From assembly GCA_963714975.1 (NCBI GenBank), contig CAVQQD010000003.1:263670-327669 (forward strand): DNA of 64,000 nucleotides, in the 5' to 3' direction. The notes below the pieces were generated by a model that was not told where the DNA came from, did no database searches, and saw nothing but the letters and a program-made list of their open reading frames with translations. Source of the stretch: an uncultured Gammaproteobacteria bacterium (GTDB lineage: Bacteria; Pseudomonadota; Gammaproteobacteria; JAURND01). Shown piece by piece: positions 1 to 9,530 of this stretch; position 1 is the first letter of the stretch; the number at the start of each line of letters is the position of its first letter. The translations under genes and the position numbers were made by a program.

Positions 1-54
1 ACGACGTGCTTAAAATGGCGTTAGAGAGGTCGTATATGCAAGAAAATTTATCCA

Positions 55-471
55 ATGAAAAGTATGATGCTGTTAAAAATAATTATGACAGAATTAAAGA
101 AAATATTACGAATGAACGGAGTAAGAAAAGGTTCATTTGTAGAGCTGCCATTACAATTTTTCGCTAAAGCGTTCACCCAGATTTTTGCATGGATAGTGGG
201 ATTTGATTGGCTTTTGAGATTGATTGGGCATTTACCTTTACCAAACAAGACACTAACTCTTCCGACCATCAAATATAGTCCTACTGAGGGTTTTCATCGA
301 GATAGAAACAAGTATAAGGTGAATCTTTTAAATTTCTTGTTTGTACCTATAAATTACCTCATGAGAAACCTTGGGAGACTTATAGGTTATGTTATAGCGT
401 CGATTTTTACTGTTCCTGCTTATTTGGTAATAAAAGGATATTATTCGGCTAAGGGCAAATATTTAGAATAA
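55..471 (+). CDS. Hypothetical protein in a low-GC block. No recognisable domain.
   Basis: 138-aa ORF in an AT-rich region; no motif recognised. Confidence 0.3.
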   Translation: MKSMMLLKIIMTELKKILRMNGVRKGSFVELPLQFFAKAFTQIFAWIVGFDWLLRLIGHLPLPNKTLTLPTIKYSPTEGFHRDRNKYKVNLLNFLFVPINYLMRNLGRLIGYVIASIFTVPAYLVIKGYYSAKGKYLE

Positions 472-511
472 CCAATTCCTACATGCATGGGATGCTATAA
501 CAGATCATGAT

Positions 512-859
512 TTGGCAATGGGATATATTAGAGATGGAAGTAAGCAATTTGCGTCTGTTGTTGCCAAGAGGGTTAGTTTGCCGATTTTCTTTGCAGCTGT
601 TTTAGCAAGAAAGAGTTCAGCGGATTTGACACAAAGAAAATTGGGTATTGAGAATGTAAAATGGGTTTTTAATGAATTTGTTTATGCAAGAACACAAGAG
701 CTTCAGGAGTTACCTAGAACTTCAGAGATTGAAGCAGAATTAAACGAATTACCACAAGCAAACAATTTTATATCTGTGAAATTGTTTAATTCAAATGGAT
801 TCATCGATGATGAGGCGTTGTATCCGGAAGGCGAAAGACTTCAAAAATCGTGGTCATAA
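512..859 (+). CDS. Hypothetical protein
   Basis: 115-aa ORF in the same low-GC block; no motif recognised. Confidence 0.3.
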   Translation: MAMGYIRDGSKQFASVVAKRVSLPIFFAAVLARKSSADLTQRKLGIENVKWVFNEFVYARTQELQELPRTSEIEAELNELPQANNFISVKLFNSNGFIDDEALYPEGERLQKSWS

Positions 860-862
860 TGA

Positions 863-1423
863 ATGGCTATGGCCTGTTTCTCTAATGTACCGGATTCCTC
901 TCCTAAGTATAGCGAAGCAAGGACGATATGTAACTCTCTCCCTGGTGAAAATAAGGAGAAAATAAACAATTCCCATAGTTCAATTTTGGGTGGATTACCC
1001 CAAGATAGAACTCCTCCATGTTTAGATTTTGATAGTTTGGAATATAAAAGACTTTTAAGTGAAGGTGGTACTGATTCAGAAAAAACTACTCACAAAGAGC
1101 AAATAAATTCAAATAATTTTGGAAAAGGCACAGTAATCATATTGAGCCTAATAGGTGTCGGTATAATTGCAACTCCCCTAATTAGTTATGCGGTATCACC
1201 TGAGAAGACAAAGGACTTTTTTGAAAACACTTGGGAATTCTTAAAAAAGCCAACGGGTCATAGTGACCTGCCTATGGGGGCCACCATTGCTTTGTGTGTC
1301 ATTGGAGTGGTAGCGATTGGCTTGATCTTGAAGCGCTACCATAGTAAAAAAACAAACAACAACGAAAATGTTGTTTCAAATCCGAAAACTCCTCTCATAA
1401 CCCAGAGTAATTCTTCATCATAG
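863..1423 (+). CDS. Hypothetical membrane protein (two C-terminal TM helices)
   Basis: 186-aa ORF; hydrophobic segments GTVIILSLIGVGIIATPLISYAV and ATIALCVIGVVAIGLIL; Ser/Asn-rich. Confidence 0.35.
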   Translation: MAMACFSNVPDSSPKYSEARTICNSLPGENKEKINNSHSSILGGLPQDRTPPCLDFDSLEYKRLLSEGGTDSEKTTHKEQINSNNFGKGTVIILSLIGVGIIATPLISYAVSPEKTKDFFENTWEFLKKPTGHSDLPMGATIALCVIGVVAIGLILKRYHSKKTNNNENVVSNPKTPLITQSNSSS

Positions 1424-1659
1424 TGAACTTTACCGGCTAAACTCCTGTGGTTTAAAGGGAATTAAAAGAGTTAGGGTAAGTCCATTTTCTTGTGCAAACC
1501 AGTCAGGATGGCTGCTTTTGTCATCTTGGTCTAAAAATGGTCCTTGACCTACAGATTTTGTGGTATTTGGAAAATTGGTTTAGCTATTGAGCGAAGCCTT
1601 AAATTGTGTTTGAATCAGGGGACATCCTGAAAGTTAGGATATTTACGGTAAAATAATTT

Positions 1660-3348
1660 ATGCGATTACCTGGTGGTTATGAGAATTTTGGAAAAATCCT
1701 TGAAAAAGGATTTGATTTTGTCGATAAAAGCTTATTGATTCAAGCAATCATTGATGACCCGAATGAAGTTATCGTTATCACGCGTCCTCGCCGCTTCGGT
1801 AAGACCCTTAATTTGTCGATGTTGCAACATTTTTTTGCTGCAGAAGTTTATGGGCTTAAAACCAAGACCCTATTTGATAAGCTGAAGATTACTGCCTTAG
1901 GCGACTCCTGTTTACAGCATCAAGGCAAGTACCCTGTGATTTATATTAGCTTTAAAGAGGTCAGGGACCATTCTTTTGCTCATGCGCTGGAGATGTTGGG
2001 ATATCTGTTTGCAGAGGTTTATGCTGAGCATCGTTATTTATTAGATAGTCCAAAACTTGCCCCAGAGGATAAGCAATTTTTTTCTTCGATTTTGGCTATT
2101 ACTAGGGATCAGGCCAAATTGGAAAGAGCATTACGTAATTTAACTTATTATTTATTTCAACATCATGGAACTAGACCCTGGTTGCTCATTGATGAATATG
2201 ATACTCCGATGCAATCTGCATTTGTTGGCGGATACTATCAAGAAATAATTGCATTGTTTCGTGGGATGTTTGGCGCTGCGCTGAAGACCAATCCCTATTT
2301 AGAAAAAGCAGTAATTACTGGTATTTTACGGATTGCCAAAGAAAGTCTCTTTTCTGGGCTCAACAATGTCAAGGTATATACCGTATTAAATTCGGACTAC
2401 AGTGAATATTTTGGTTTTACTGAATTCGAGGTGGAGAATTTACTCCAGCGGGGAAATTTAAGCAGCCATGCGACTGATATTCGCCGTTGGTACAATGGTT
2501 ATTTAGTCGGAGATACCGTAATTTATAATCCCTGGTCTATTGTCAATTGTATAAATGACCGGGGCAGTTTGCGTCCTTATTGGGTAAATACCAGCAGTAA
2601 TGACTTAATTAAGCGTCAATTAGCACGAGGAGATGCGGCTCTAAAAAGAGATCTTGCAAAATTGTTACACAATGACCCTATCTCAGCCTCTATCGATGAA
2701 AATTTGGTATTTGCTGATTTAGACAATAACAATAACGCTTTATGGAGCTTGCTATTATTTAGTGGTTACTTAAAAGCCCTCCATGCAGAATCGAGTGAAA
2801 TGGATACTCACACGGATGCCCAATTAATTGCGCCCAATCAAGAAGTATTGCTTTTATATCGTGGCATTATTTATGGCTGGTTTTCTGACAAATTAGGTAC
2901 TAGCAGATATCAAAATTTTTTAAAAAATCTCATTGAAGGGAATATCGAAGCTTTTAGCCAAGAGCTACAAGATTGCCTAGAAAGCACCTTGAGCTTATTT
3001 GATGTCACAGGTCGTCATCCAGAAAAATTTTATCATGGGTTTGTGCTAGGTTTGATGGTGGCTTTGCAAGAGACCCACGAGGTGCAATCTAATAAGGAGG
3101 GTGGCCAAGGACGTTATGATGTGATGCTAATTCCCAAAGATCCTTCACAGCTGGGCATTGTACTGGAATTTAAAACAGCCGATTCTGAGAAACAATTGGC
3201 AGGCACTGCTGAACAAGCGTTACAACAAATTCGGGATCGTGATTATGCAGCCATGTTGCATAGTAAAGGGGTCACACACATTATGCAGATGGGTTTAGCG
3301 TTTTATCATAAAAAAGTGCTAATGGCGTGGTCTAAGATTGGTTCTTAG
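1660..3348 (+). CDS. AAA-ATPase-like domain protein fused to a PD-(D/E)XK nuclease (PDDEXK_9-type) C-terminus. Intact paralog.
   Basis: N-terminal ITRPRRFGKTLNLSML (P-loop-like) typical of the 'predicted AAA-ATPase' family; C-terminal GRYDVMLIPKD...GIVLEFK matches a PD-(D/E)XK D..E.K core. A paralog lies at 37527..39324. Confidence 0.8.
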   Translation: MRLPGGYENFGKILEKGFDFVDKSLLIQAIIDDPNEVIVITRPRRFGKTLNLSMLQHFFAAEVYGLKTKTLFDKLKITALGDSCLQHQGKYPVIYISFKEVRDHSFAHALEMLGYLFAEVYAEHRYLLDSPKLAPEDKQFFSSILAITRDQAKLERALRNLTYYLFQHHGTRPWLLIDEYDTPMQSAFVGGYYQEIIALFRGMFGAALKTNPYLEKAVITGILRIAKESLFSGLNNVKVYTVLNSDYSEYFGFTEFEVENLLQRGNLSSHATDIRRWYNGYLVGDTVIYNPWSIVNCINDRGSLRPYWVNTSSNDLIKRQLARGDAALKRDLAKLLHNDPISASIDENLVFADLDNNNNALWSLLLFSGYLKALHAESSEMDTHTDAQLIAPNQEVLLLYRGIIYGWFSDKLGTSRYQNFLKNLIEGNIEAFSQELQDCLESTLSLFDVTGRHPEKFYHGFVLGLMVALQETHEVQSNKEGGQGRYDVMLIPKDPSQLGIVLEFKTADSEKQLAGTAEQALQQIRDRDYAAMLHSKGVTHIMQMGLAFYHKKVLMAWSKIGS

Positions 3349-3375
3349 GCTTTAGGCTAGTGCTGAGATGGATAC

Positions 3376-4731
3376 ATGAAAATCAAACAAATATTTGTTT
3401 GTGGACAGTGCGGCGCCCAATCACCTAAATGGTTGGGTCAATGCAGCGATTGTAATAGTTGGAATAGCCTGGTGGAGGAGGTAGTTGGAGCAGCAAGCGT
3501 AGGAACAAAAGCAGGGTATGCCCAGGCCAGTGGTTCGGCGCTTACTTGCTTGGTCGACGTGCCTTTATCCGCCGAACCTCGTCTCACTACGCAACTCGAA
3601 GAATTGGATCGCGTCTTAGGTGGAGGATTAATTCCTGGATCGGTGGTGTTGATTGGGGGAGATCCTGGAATCGGCAAATCTACCTTGCTGATTCAGACTT
3701 TGTGCTATCTCAGTGAAAATCACCAATCTCTCTATGTAACGGGTGAGGAGTCTTTACAGCAAGTCAGCTTGCGGGCATGTCGTTTAGAGTTGCCGCGACA
3801 ACATTTGAAATTGCTGACAGAAACTCATGTCGAACGAATCATTGCTATGGCTGAGGTTTATCGACCCGAAGTTTTGGTCATTGATTCCGTGCAAACTTTA
3901 TATACCGACTCACTCAATTCAGCACCTGGCAGTGTCAGTCAAGTGCGAGAATGCGCTGCCCAGCTGGTTCGTTATGCCAAACACGCCAATGTCGCCTTAT
4001 TTTTGGTGGGCCATGTTACGAAGGAAGGGGCGTTGGCAGGTCCCCGGGTGCTGGAACACATGGTCGATACCGTGTTGTATTTTGAAGGAGAGCGTGACAG
4101 CCGTTTTCGAGTGATTCGTGCGGTTAAAAATCGATTTGGTGCGGTCAATGAGCTCGGTATATTTGCCATGAGTGACAAAGGATTGCGTCAAATTAGTAAT
4201 CCTTCGGCGATTTTTCTCTCACATTATGAGACTCCAATTCCAGGTAGTGTGGTGATGGCCACCTGGGAAGGCAGCCGACCCTTGTTAGTCGAGGTGCAAG
4301 CTTTAGTAGACGACAGTTATGGCGGTAATCCACGCCGGGTGACCCTGGGTTTAGAACAAAATCGCCTGTCCATGTTATTAGCTGTATTGCATCGCCATGG
4401 TGGTACTGCCACTTTTAATCAAGATGTTTTTGTCAACGTAGTAGGCGGTGTGCGGGTGACCGAAACGGCAGCCGATTTACCTCAAATATTAGCCGTGCTG
4501 TCTAGTCTTAAAAACCGTCCTTTACCGACAGATTTAGTAGTATTTGGAGAAATTGGTTTGGCTGGGGAAATAAGACCAGTACAGTCTGGGCAAGAACGGT
4601 TGCGTGATGCTGCCAAGCATGGCTTTAAACGCGCGATCGTTCCTAAAAGCAATTTGCCGCGAGGAAAAGCGATTGCTGGGATGGACATCATCGGAGTGCA
4701 ATCCTTGAGCGAGGCTTTGAACTATGTGTAA
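3376..4731 (+). CDS. radA: DNA repair protein RadA (Sms)
   Basis: N-terminal C4 zinc finger (CGQCG...CSDC), Walker [16 protein letters not shown] motif, Lon-like C-terminal domain; 451 aa. Confidence 0.95.
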   Translation: MKIKQIFVCGQCGAQSPKWLGQCSDCNSWNSLVEEVVGAASVGTKAGYAQASGSALTCLVDVPLSAEPRLTTQLEELDRVLGGGLIPGSVVLIGGDPGIGKSTLLIQTLCYLSENHQSLYVTGEESLQQVSLRACRLELPRQHLKLLTETHVERIIAMAEVYRPEVLVIDSVQTLYTDSLNSAPGSVSQVRECAAQLVRYAKHANVALFLVGHVTKEGALAGPRVLEHMVDTVLYFEGERDSRFRVIRAVKNRFGAVNELGIFAMSDKGLRQISNPSAIFLSHYETPIPGSVVMATWEGSRPLLVEVQALVDDSYGGNPRRVTLGLEQNRLSMLLAVLHRHGGTATFNQDVFVNVVGGVRVTETAADLPQILAVLSSLKNRPLPTDLVVFGEIGLAGEIRPVQSGQERLRDAAKHGFKRAIVPKSNLPRGKAIAGMDIIGVQSLSEALNYV

Positions 4732-4740
4732 TTGACGTCC

Positions 4741-4760
4741 TCCTCGCCCTGAAGGGCGAG
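4741..4760. terminator. 8-bp stem / 4-nt loop hairpin (cctcgccc tgaa gggcgagg). Possible bidirectional terminator and/or the subterminal hairpin of the TnpB element's right end.
   Basis: Perfect inverted repeat seen directly in the sequence, lying between the converging radA and tnpB stops. Confidence 0.5.
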
Positions 4761-4774
4761 GATTCCTACTGCGG

Positions 4775-5992
4775 TTACGCAACTTGTGCGCAACTCGCTT
4801 CGGTGGGTTCTTGCTTCCTCGAGCGACCTGACTGCGTCTTCTCTCCACAAGCTAGCAAGCGGTGCCCCCGCTCTAAAATATTGATCGCGCCAACCACATC
4901 GGCATGGTGGCTATAGCCACAACGCACGCACGCAAACTCAGCTTGCGTTTTGCGATTGTCTGCACAAACGTGCTGACAGGCAGGACAGGTTCGACTGGTA
5001 TTTTTCGGATCCACCGCCAGAAAAATGCCGCCGTTCCACTCAAGCTTATAAGCTAACTGGCGTCGGAATTCACCCCAACCCTGATCCAGTATGGCACGAT
5101 TTAAACCTGCCTTTTGTCTGACCTGGCGACCGTGCTGCTCACAATTGCCTTTGGCAGATTTCGACATTGCAGCTATCTGCAAATCCTCAACACAAACGAG
5201 CGCGTGGTTTTTGCTAATCGCGGTGCTGGTTTTGTGCAGAAAATCTTGTCTGACATTGGCAATCGTGTTGTGAGTCTTTTGAACCCGCTTTTGGGCTTTT
5301 ACCCAATTACGACTAAATTTTTTCTTACGCTTCAAGCGACGTTGATAATGCGCAAGGCGTGCTTGATGTTTTTTGCAGCTATTCATGGGTTCGACATAGG
5401 TCCCATCACTCATCGTAGCAAAACGTGCAATACCCATATCAATACCCACTGGGGTAGTAGCTGTTGGCAAGGGTTGACTCTCTTCACGCTCGGTCTGCAC
5501 TGATACAAACCACAAGCCATTGCATTGCTTAACGATGACATTTTTAATTTTCCCTAATACATCGCGACTGTTGCGATAGCGTATCCATCCCAATTTTGGC
5601 AGAAAAATACGGTTATTATCTTGATCCAGCTTAAACCCTTGTGGAAAACGAAAACTAGCTGATGAGTGAGCTTTTTTCTTGAATTTGGGGAAAGCAGCAC
5701 GGTGGGCGAAGAAGTTTTTAAATGCGCGATCAAGGTCTTTAGTGACTTGTTGCAAGGTTTGGGAGGGCGATTGTTGCAGGTAGGGCATTGCTTTTTTCCA
5801 TGCTAACAACCAGTGATTCATACCAAAGCTATGGGTAAACGGTTTGTTTTCGGCGTAGAGCTCTTGTTGACGTGCTAATGCTAAATTCCAAACCTTACGT
5901 GCATTACCCGCAAACTGACTCATCGCGCGTTTTTGCGCACCATTCGGCTCAATACGGAATTTAAATGCTTTTAATGAAAATAACTTACCCAT
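4775..5992 (-). CDS. tnpB: TnpB (IS200/IS605-family OrfB; RuvC-like RNA-guided endonuclease)
   Basis: N-terminal [10 protein letters not shown] (OrfB_IS605 N-term), RuvC-I GIDMGI, RuvC-II VCVEDL, zinc ribbon CPACQ...CVRCG, Ruv[14 protein letters not shown]; 405 aa. Confidence 0.85.
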   Translation of the reverse strand: MGKLFSLKAFKFRIEPNGAQKRAMSQFAGNARKVWNLALARQQELYAENKPFTHSFGMNHWLLAWKKAMPYLQQSPSQTLQQVTKDLDRAFKNFFAHRAAFPKFKKKAHSSASFRFPQGFKLDQDNNRIFLPKLGWIRYRNSRDVLGKIKNVIVKQCNGLWFVSVQTEREESQPLPTATTPVGIDMGIARFATMSDGTYVEPMNSCKKHQARLAHYQRRLKRKKKFSRNWVKAQKRVQKTHNTIANVRQDFLHKTSTAISKNHALVCVEDLQIAAMSKSAKGNCEQHGRQVRQKAGLNRAILDQGWGEFRRQLAYKLEWNGGIFLAVDPKNTSRTCPACQHVCADNRKTQAEFACVRCGYSHHADVVGAINILERGHRLLACGEKTQSGRSRKQEPTEASCAQVA

Positions 5993-6006
5993 TGGTTATG
6001 AGAATC

Positions 6007-7860
6007 CTAGCTGGGCGGACGAAATTCAGACTCTCGGTTTTCTGGAGGTGCAGTTGTATTACTGACAGAAGGGATCACTGGCTTACCCTTGTTGTGTAGT
6101 GGAGAAGAAGTATGAGGAGCTACAATGGATAACAGATCAGCTAACTGCTTAGCAGTAGGTAACAGATCAGTAGGGTTTGTCTTATTACCTTGGGTAGCAG
6201 CTAAAGAGTATAATCGCTTTGCTTCATTTTCGTCTTTCTCCACCCCAATGCCATGTTCATAACAATATCCTAGTTGATATTGGTAATGTGCATTTCCTCG
6301 TTCAGCAGCTATCATATAGTACAAAGCATCAGCACATTCTATAGCTGAACTATGACGGTGCATAGCCTCTACGAATCTTTTTTTCTCCTCATAAGCTGCT
6401 CCAGCATCATATAGGGCTTCCACTTTATTCAATTGAGGTAAAAAGGATAGTGGTATCCCTTCACGAGCAATGCTATATAATAATTTTTTAACAACTAAAC
6501 GGTAGCACTCTGCTGCTGCTGGGAGGTTTTGCTGCACGCCAGTGCCATGTTTATAACAATGTCCTAATTCCTTTAGGGTTCCTGGATCTTCCGTTTTGCT
6601 AGCAAATGTGATTAAAAGCTGTGCTTCATTAATGTCTTCATCTTTTTCTTTTAGAGAACTCAGGTCAGGGGAGTTAGGCGCAACAGGTTTTTGGTCCGAA
6701 TGAGGGGAGGTTTGTGGGAGGCTCTCTAAAAATGATTTAAGTTGATCAAATACTTCTGCTGCGTCCTGCTTCAGTGCATGATCAAAGTCTTTACCAATAC
6801 TCACATTACCCTTTAAATAATCTAGAAGGGATTTGAACTCAGTTGAGATCTCAGGGGCTCCTTCCCTGATAGCATCCCAGTCTTGCATTTGTAGAAGATT
6901 CTGTCTTATAACATCTAATGTTATGCGCTTAGGAAGGTGGAGATACTTTGGAGTAATAGTAGGTTCTTTATCTTCCAGATAACAGTCAATGGCAGTTTCA
7001 AGTTCAGAGAGTATTTGTTTCAAAAATTGGGTTGTAATCTTGCCAGTTGGTCTCCAGATATATAGATTACTATCATAGCGGTCCAGGATTGGTTTTAATT
7101 TCTGAGTATGGAATTTTTTAAAGAGTTCCCATTCGAGGTCCACATAGTCGAGGATAATTTCATTTACAGGTCGAATTCCTAGAGCAGTATTTGTCTCAGC
7201 TATGTAAAAGAAGACGTCTCTATAACCAGTCACAGAAGAGTTCAGCTTTTTTACAGCGTTTTCATTACCTTGCTTAGCAGCTAAAGAGTATAATCGCGCT
7301 GCTTCATTTTCGTCTTTCTCCACCCCCATGCCATGTTCATAATAAGCTCCTAATTTATATTGGTAATCTGCATTTCCTGGTTCAGCAGCTAGCATATAGT
7401 GCAAAGCATTAGCACTTGCTACAGCTAAATTATAAGAGCGTACGGCTACTTCGAAAGTTTTTTCCTGCTCAAACGCTTCTCCAGCATTACATAGGGCGTT
7501 CACTCTATTCAATTGAGGTCTATAGGATGGTGGTATCCCTTCAGGAGTAACGCTATGTAATAATGTTTTAGCAACTAAACGGTAGCAACGTGCTGCTGCT
7601 GGGAGGTCTTTCTGCACGCCAGTGCCATATCTATAACAATGTCCTAACTTATTTAGGGCTTTTGGACTTCCCCTTTGGGTAGCCTCTGTGAATAAACCCT
7701 GTGCTTTCTTAATGTCTTCTTTCGTTCCTTCGCCAATAAAGTGCTTATTCTTTGAGTACCTATATATCTCGGAGATGTAGGAGGCTTCGACACTTGTTCT
7801 TTTCAAATCTTTTGGGGGTTGTTCTTTTTTTTGGTCGTCATTGCTCATTAATTTATCCAA
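6007..7860 (-). CDS. Sel1-repeat (TPR-like) protein; candidate secreted effector/virulence factor
   Basis: Multiple Sel1 repeats (LGHCYRYGTGVQKDLPAAARCYRL, YYEHGMGVEKDENEAARLYSLAAKQG, and others); paralogous to 8229..9467. Confidence 0.8.
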   Translation of the reverse strand: MDKLMSNDDQKKEQPPKDLKRTSVEASYISEIYRYSKNKHFIGEGTKEDIKKAQGLFTEATQRGSPKALNKLGHCYRYGTGVQKDLPAAARCYRLVAKTLLHSVTPEGIPPSYRPQLNRVNALCNAGEAFEQEKTFEVAVRSYNLAVASANALHYMLAAEPGNADYQYKLGAYYEHGMGVEKDENEAARLYSLAAKQGNENAVKKLNSSVTGYRDVFFYIAETNTALGIRPVNEIILDYVDLEWELFKKFHTQKLKPILDRYDSNLYIWRPTGKITTQFLKQILSELETAIDCYLEDKEPTITPKYLHLPKRITLDVIRQNLLQMQDWDAIREGAPEISTEFKSLLDYLKGNVSIGKDFDHALKQDAAEVFDQLKSFLESLPQTSPHSDQKPVAPNSPDLSSLKEKDEDINEAQLLITFASKTEDPGTLKELGHCYKHGTGVQQNLPAAAECYRLVVKKLLYSIAREGIPLSFLPQLNKVEALYDAGAAYEEKKRFVEAMHRHSSAIECADALYYMIAAERGNAHYQYQLGYCYEHGIGVEKDENEAKRLYSLAATQGNKTNPTDLLPTAKQLADLLSIVAPHTSSPLHNKGKPVIPSVSNTTAPPENRESEFRPPS

Positions 7861-7911
7861 AAAGGTTAAGATTTAATATTTAAGGAAAAAAATATAAAAA
7901 AATTTTGTAAC

Positions 7912-8105
7912 TATTCACCACGATTTTGCCTCTCCCCTTGTGGGAGAGGCCGCCGCGCCGTAAGGCGTGCGGGTGAGGGGTAAGCAGCAGTTCGCATTTA
8001 GCTAATAAAATGCTCCTTGCTGATTTCAAGTTTACCCCTCATCCGCCCTTTCGGGCACCTTCTCCCACAAGGGGAGAAGGATTTTTACGCACAAAGCTGG
8101 TGAAT
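7912..8105. repeat. About 195-bp MITE-like element, copy A, with roughly 35-bp terminal inverted repeats and internal nested hairpins
   Basis: Near-identical to 28609..28803. Termini cattcaccacgattttgcctctccccttgtgggagagg and ccttctcccacaaggggagaagg...ggtgaatg are inverted copies of each other. Confidence 0.75.
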
Positions 8106-8228
8106 GATTACGTTGAAGTTTGCTTTTAAACTACCACGTTCGCCAGTTTTTTTGCGTACTACAATAATTCTCTTCTATCTAAAACGGTTGAGTCAATGCA
8201 GCGGGCGTGATTTTGAATTGTGTTTGAA

Positions 8229-9467
8229 TCAGACACTTAATCCACGATGTTCAGGCTCTGGTATTTCTTTAGGTGCGGCTAGATTACTTTCACTTGTATG
8301 TTTTTTTGACGGATCATCTAAATTTTCTAAGAATGATGTAAACTTTTGTAATGCGATCACTCCGTCCACGTGCAGTGTCTTATCATACAGATTCTTACTA
8401 TAGCTCATTTTATCCATTAAATGCTCGTGAAGTGAGCATAACTTACCGGGGTTATTAGGCTCAGGTTTTTCTCCTCTACAGACAGAATCCCAGTTTTGCA
8501 GCTTTCGAAGCAATACCTCTGCTATATCATGTAATGATATGTGATTGGGAAATTGAAAATAATGATTAGTAGGGCTTTTATCTTCCAGATAACAGTCAAT
8601 GGCCGCTTGAAATTCATTGAGCAATGCACGCGATCTTAAACAATCATAAAAGTTCCGCTCTATGTAGTATAGCATCTTAGAAAGGCGTTCAAAGATTGGT
8701 TTTACTTGTTCACTATAGAGTTTTATAAAGCGTAACTCTTCGCGGTCTATACAATCGAGAATAATTTCATTTAAAGGTCGAATCCTTAGAGCGGTATTGT
8801 GCTCGATTTCGTTAAAGAAACTGTCTCTAGCCTGAGCCACAGAAGGAACAGGTATAGCGTGCACCTCCTTGCTAGCATCTTCATGACCTTGCGCAGCAGC
8901 TAAACAATATAATCGATTTGCTTTATTTTGGTCTTTTTCCACCCCAATGCCACGTTCATAACAAATTCCTAATCTATATTGGTCTTCTGCATCTCCTCGT
9001 TTAGCAATTGACAACATAGCATTCAAGGCCCGGGCGCTTAGAAAAGCTGATTCATAAACTTTCACGGCATTTTCGAAATCTTTTTTCTCCTCAAGGATTT
9101 CTCCAGAATTACATAGGTCTTTCACTTTAGCCAATTGAGATAAATAGGGTTCTGTTATCGTTTTAGTAGGTATAGAGCGTTGAGCGGCTAACCGGTAGCA
9201 ACGTCCTGCTACTGAGAGGTCTTTCATCACACCAGTGCCATTTTGATAACAAACTCCTAACCGCACAAGGCGGCTCGGACGTCTTGTTTGGGTAGCTTCA
9301 TTGAATAACTTCTCTGCTTTTTCGATGTCTTTTGGCTTTCCATTGCCAATAAACTTCTTATCCTCTGAGTACTTATATATCTCAATTTGAATTTGCTGAT
9401 TGGCTATTGAAGCACTTTTTAAATCGTTTGGAGCTAATCGCTCTTGTTTTTTGTCGTCAGCACTCAT
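8229..9467 (-). CDS. Sel1-repeat protein; paralog of 6007..7860
   Basis: Sel1 repeats (LGVCYQNGTGVMKDLSVAGRCYRL, ICYERGIGVEKDQNKANRLYCLAAAQG). Shares the AIDCYLEDK and IRP(L/V)NEIILD segments with 6007..7860. Confidence 0.8.
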   Translation of the reverse strand: MSADDKKQERLAPNDLKSASIANQQIQIEIYKYSEDKKFIGNGKPKDIEKAEKLFNEATQTRRPSRLVRLGVCYQNGTGVMKDLSVAGRCYRLAAQRSIPTKTITEPYLSQLAKVKDLCNSGEILEEKKDFENAVKVYESAFLSARALNAMLSIAKRGDAEDQYRLGICYERGIGVEKDQNKANRLYCLAAAQGHEDASKEVHAIPVPSVAQARDSFFNEIEHNTALRIRPLNEIILDCIDREELRFIKLYSEQVKPIFERLSKMLYYIERNFYDCLRSRALLNEFQAAIDCYLEDKSPTNHYFQFPNHISLHDIAEVLLRKLQNWDSVCRGEKPEPNNPGKLCSLHEHLMDKMSYSKNLYDKTLHVDGVIALQKFTSFLENLDDPSKKHTSESNLAAPKEIPEPEHRGLSV

Positions 9468-9530
9468 TTATTTATCCTCAATTGCTTTAACCATGTTCTC
9501 ACTAATGGACGCAGCCCCACTGTGAGTGGC

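Larger units (their letters stand above)
4735..6010 (-). mobile_element. Solo-tnpB (IS1341-like) IS200/IS605-family element; no tnpA present. Boundaries approximate.
   Basis: tnpB ORF with only a 14-nt gap to the upstream Sel1 gene stop and about 40 nt to the radA stop; hairpin at the 3' side. Confidence 0.5.

Noticed and set aside
3438-4848. Several 60-105-aa antisense ORFs inside radA and the tnpB 3' region
   Set aside because: Embedded in well-supported genes on the opposite strand with biased composition (Pro/Ser/Arg-rich). These are typical shadow ORFs.
8104-8403. 99-aa + strand ORF
   Set aside because: Lies partly inside the MITE and antisense to the 3' end of the Sel1 gene 8229..9467; Cys/Phe-rich with no motif. 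Judged spurious.
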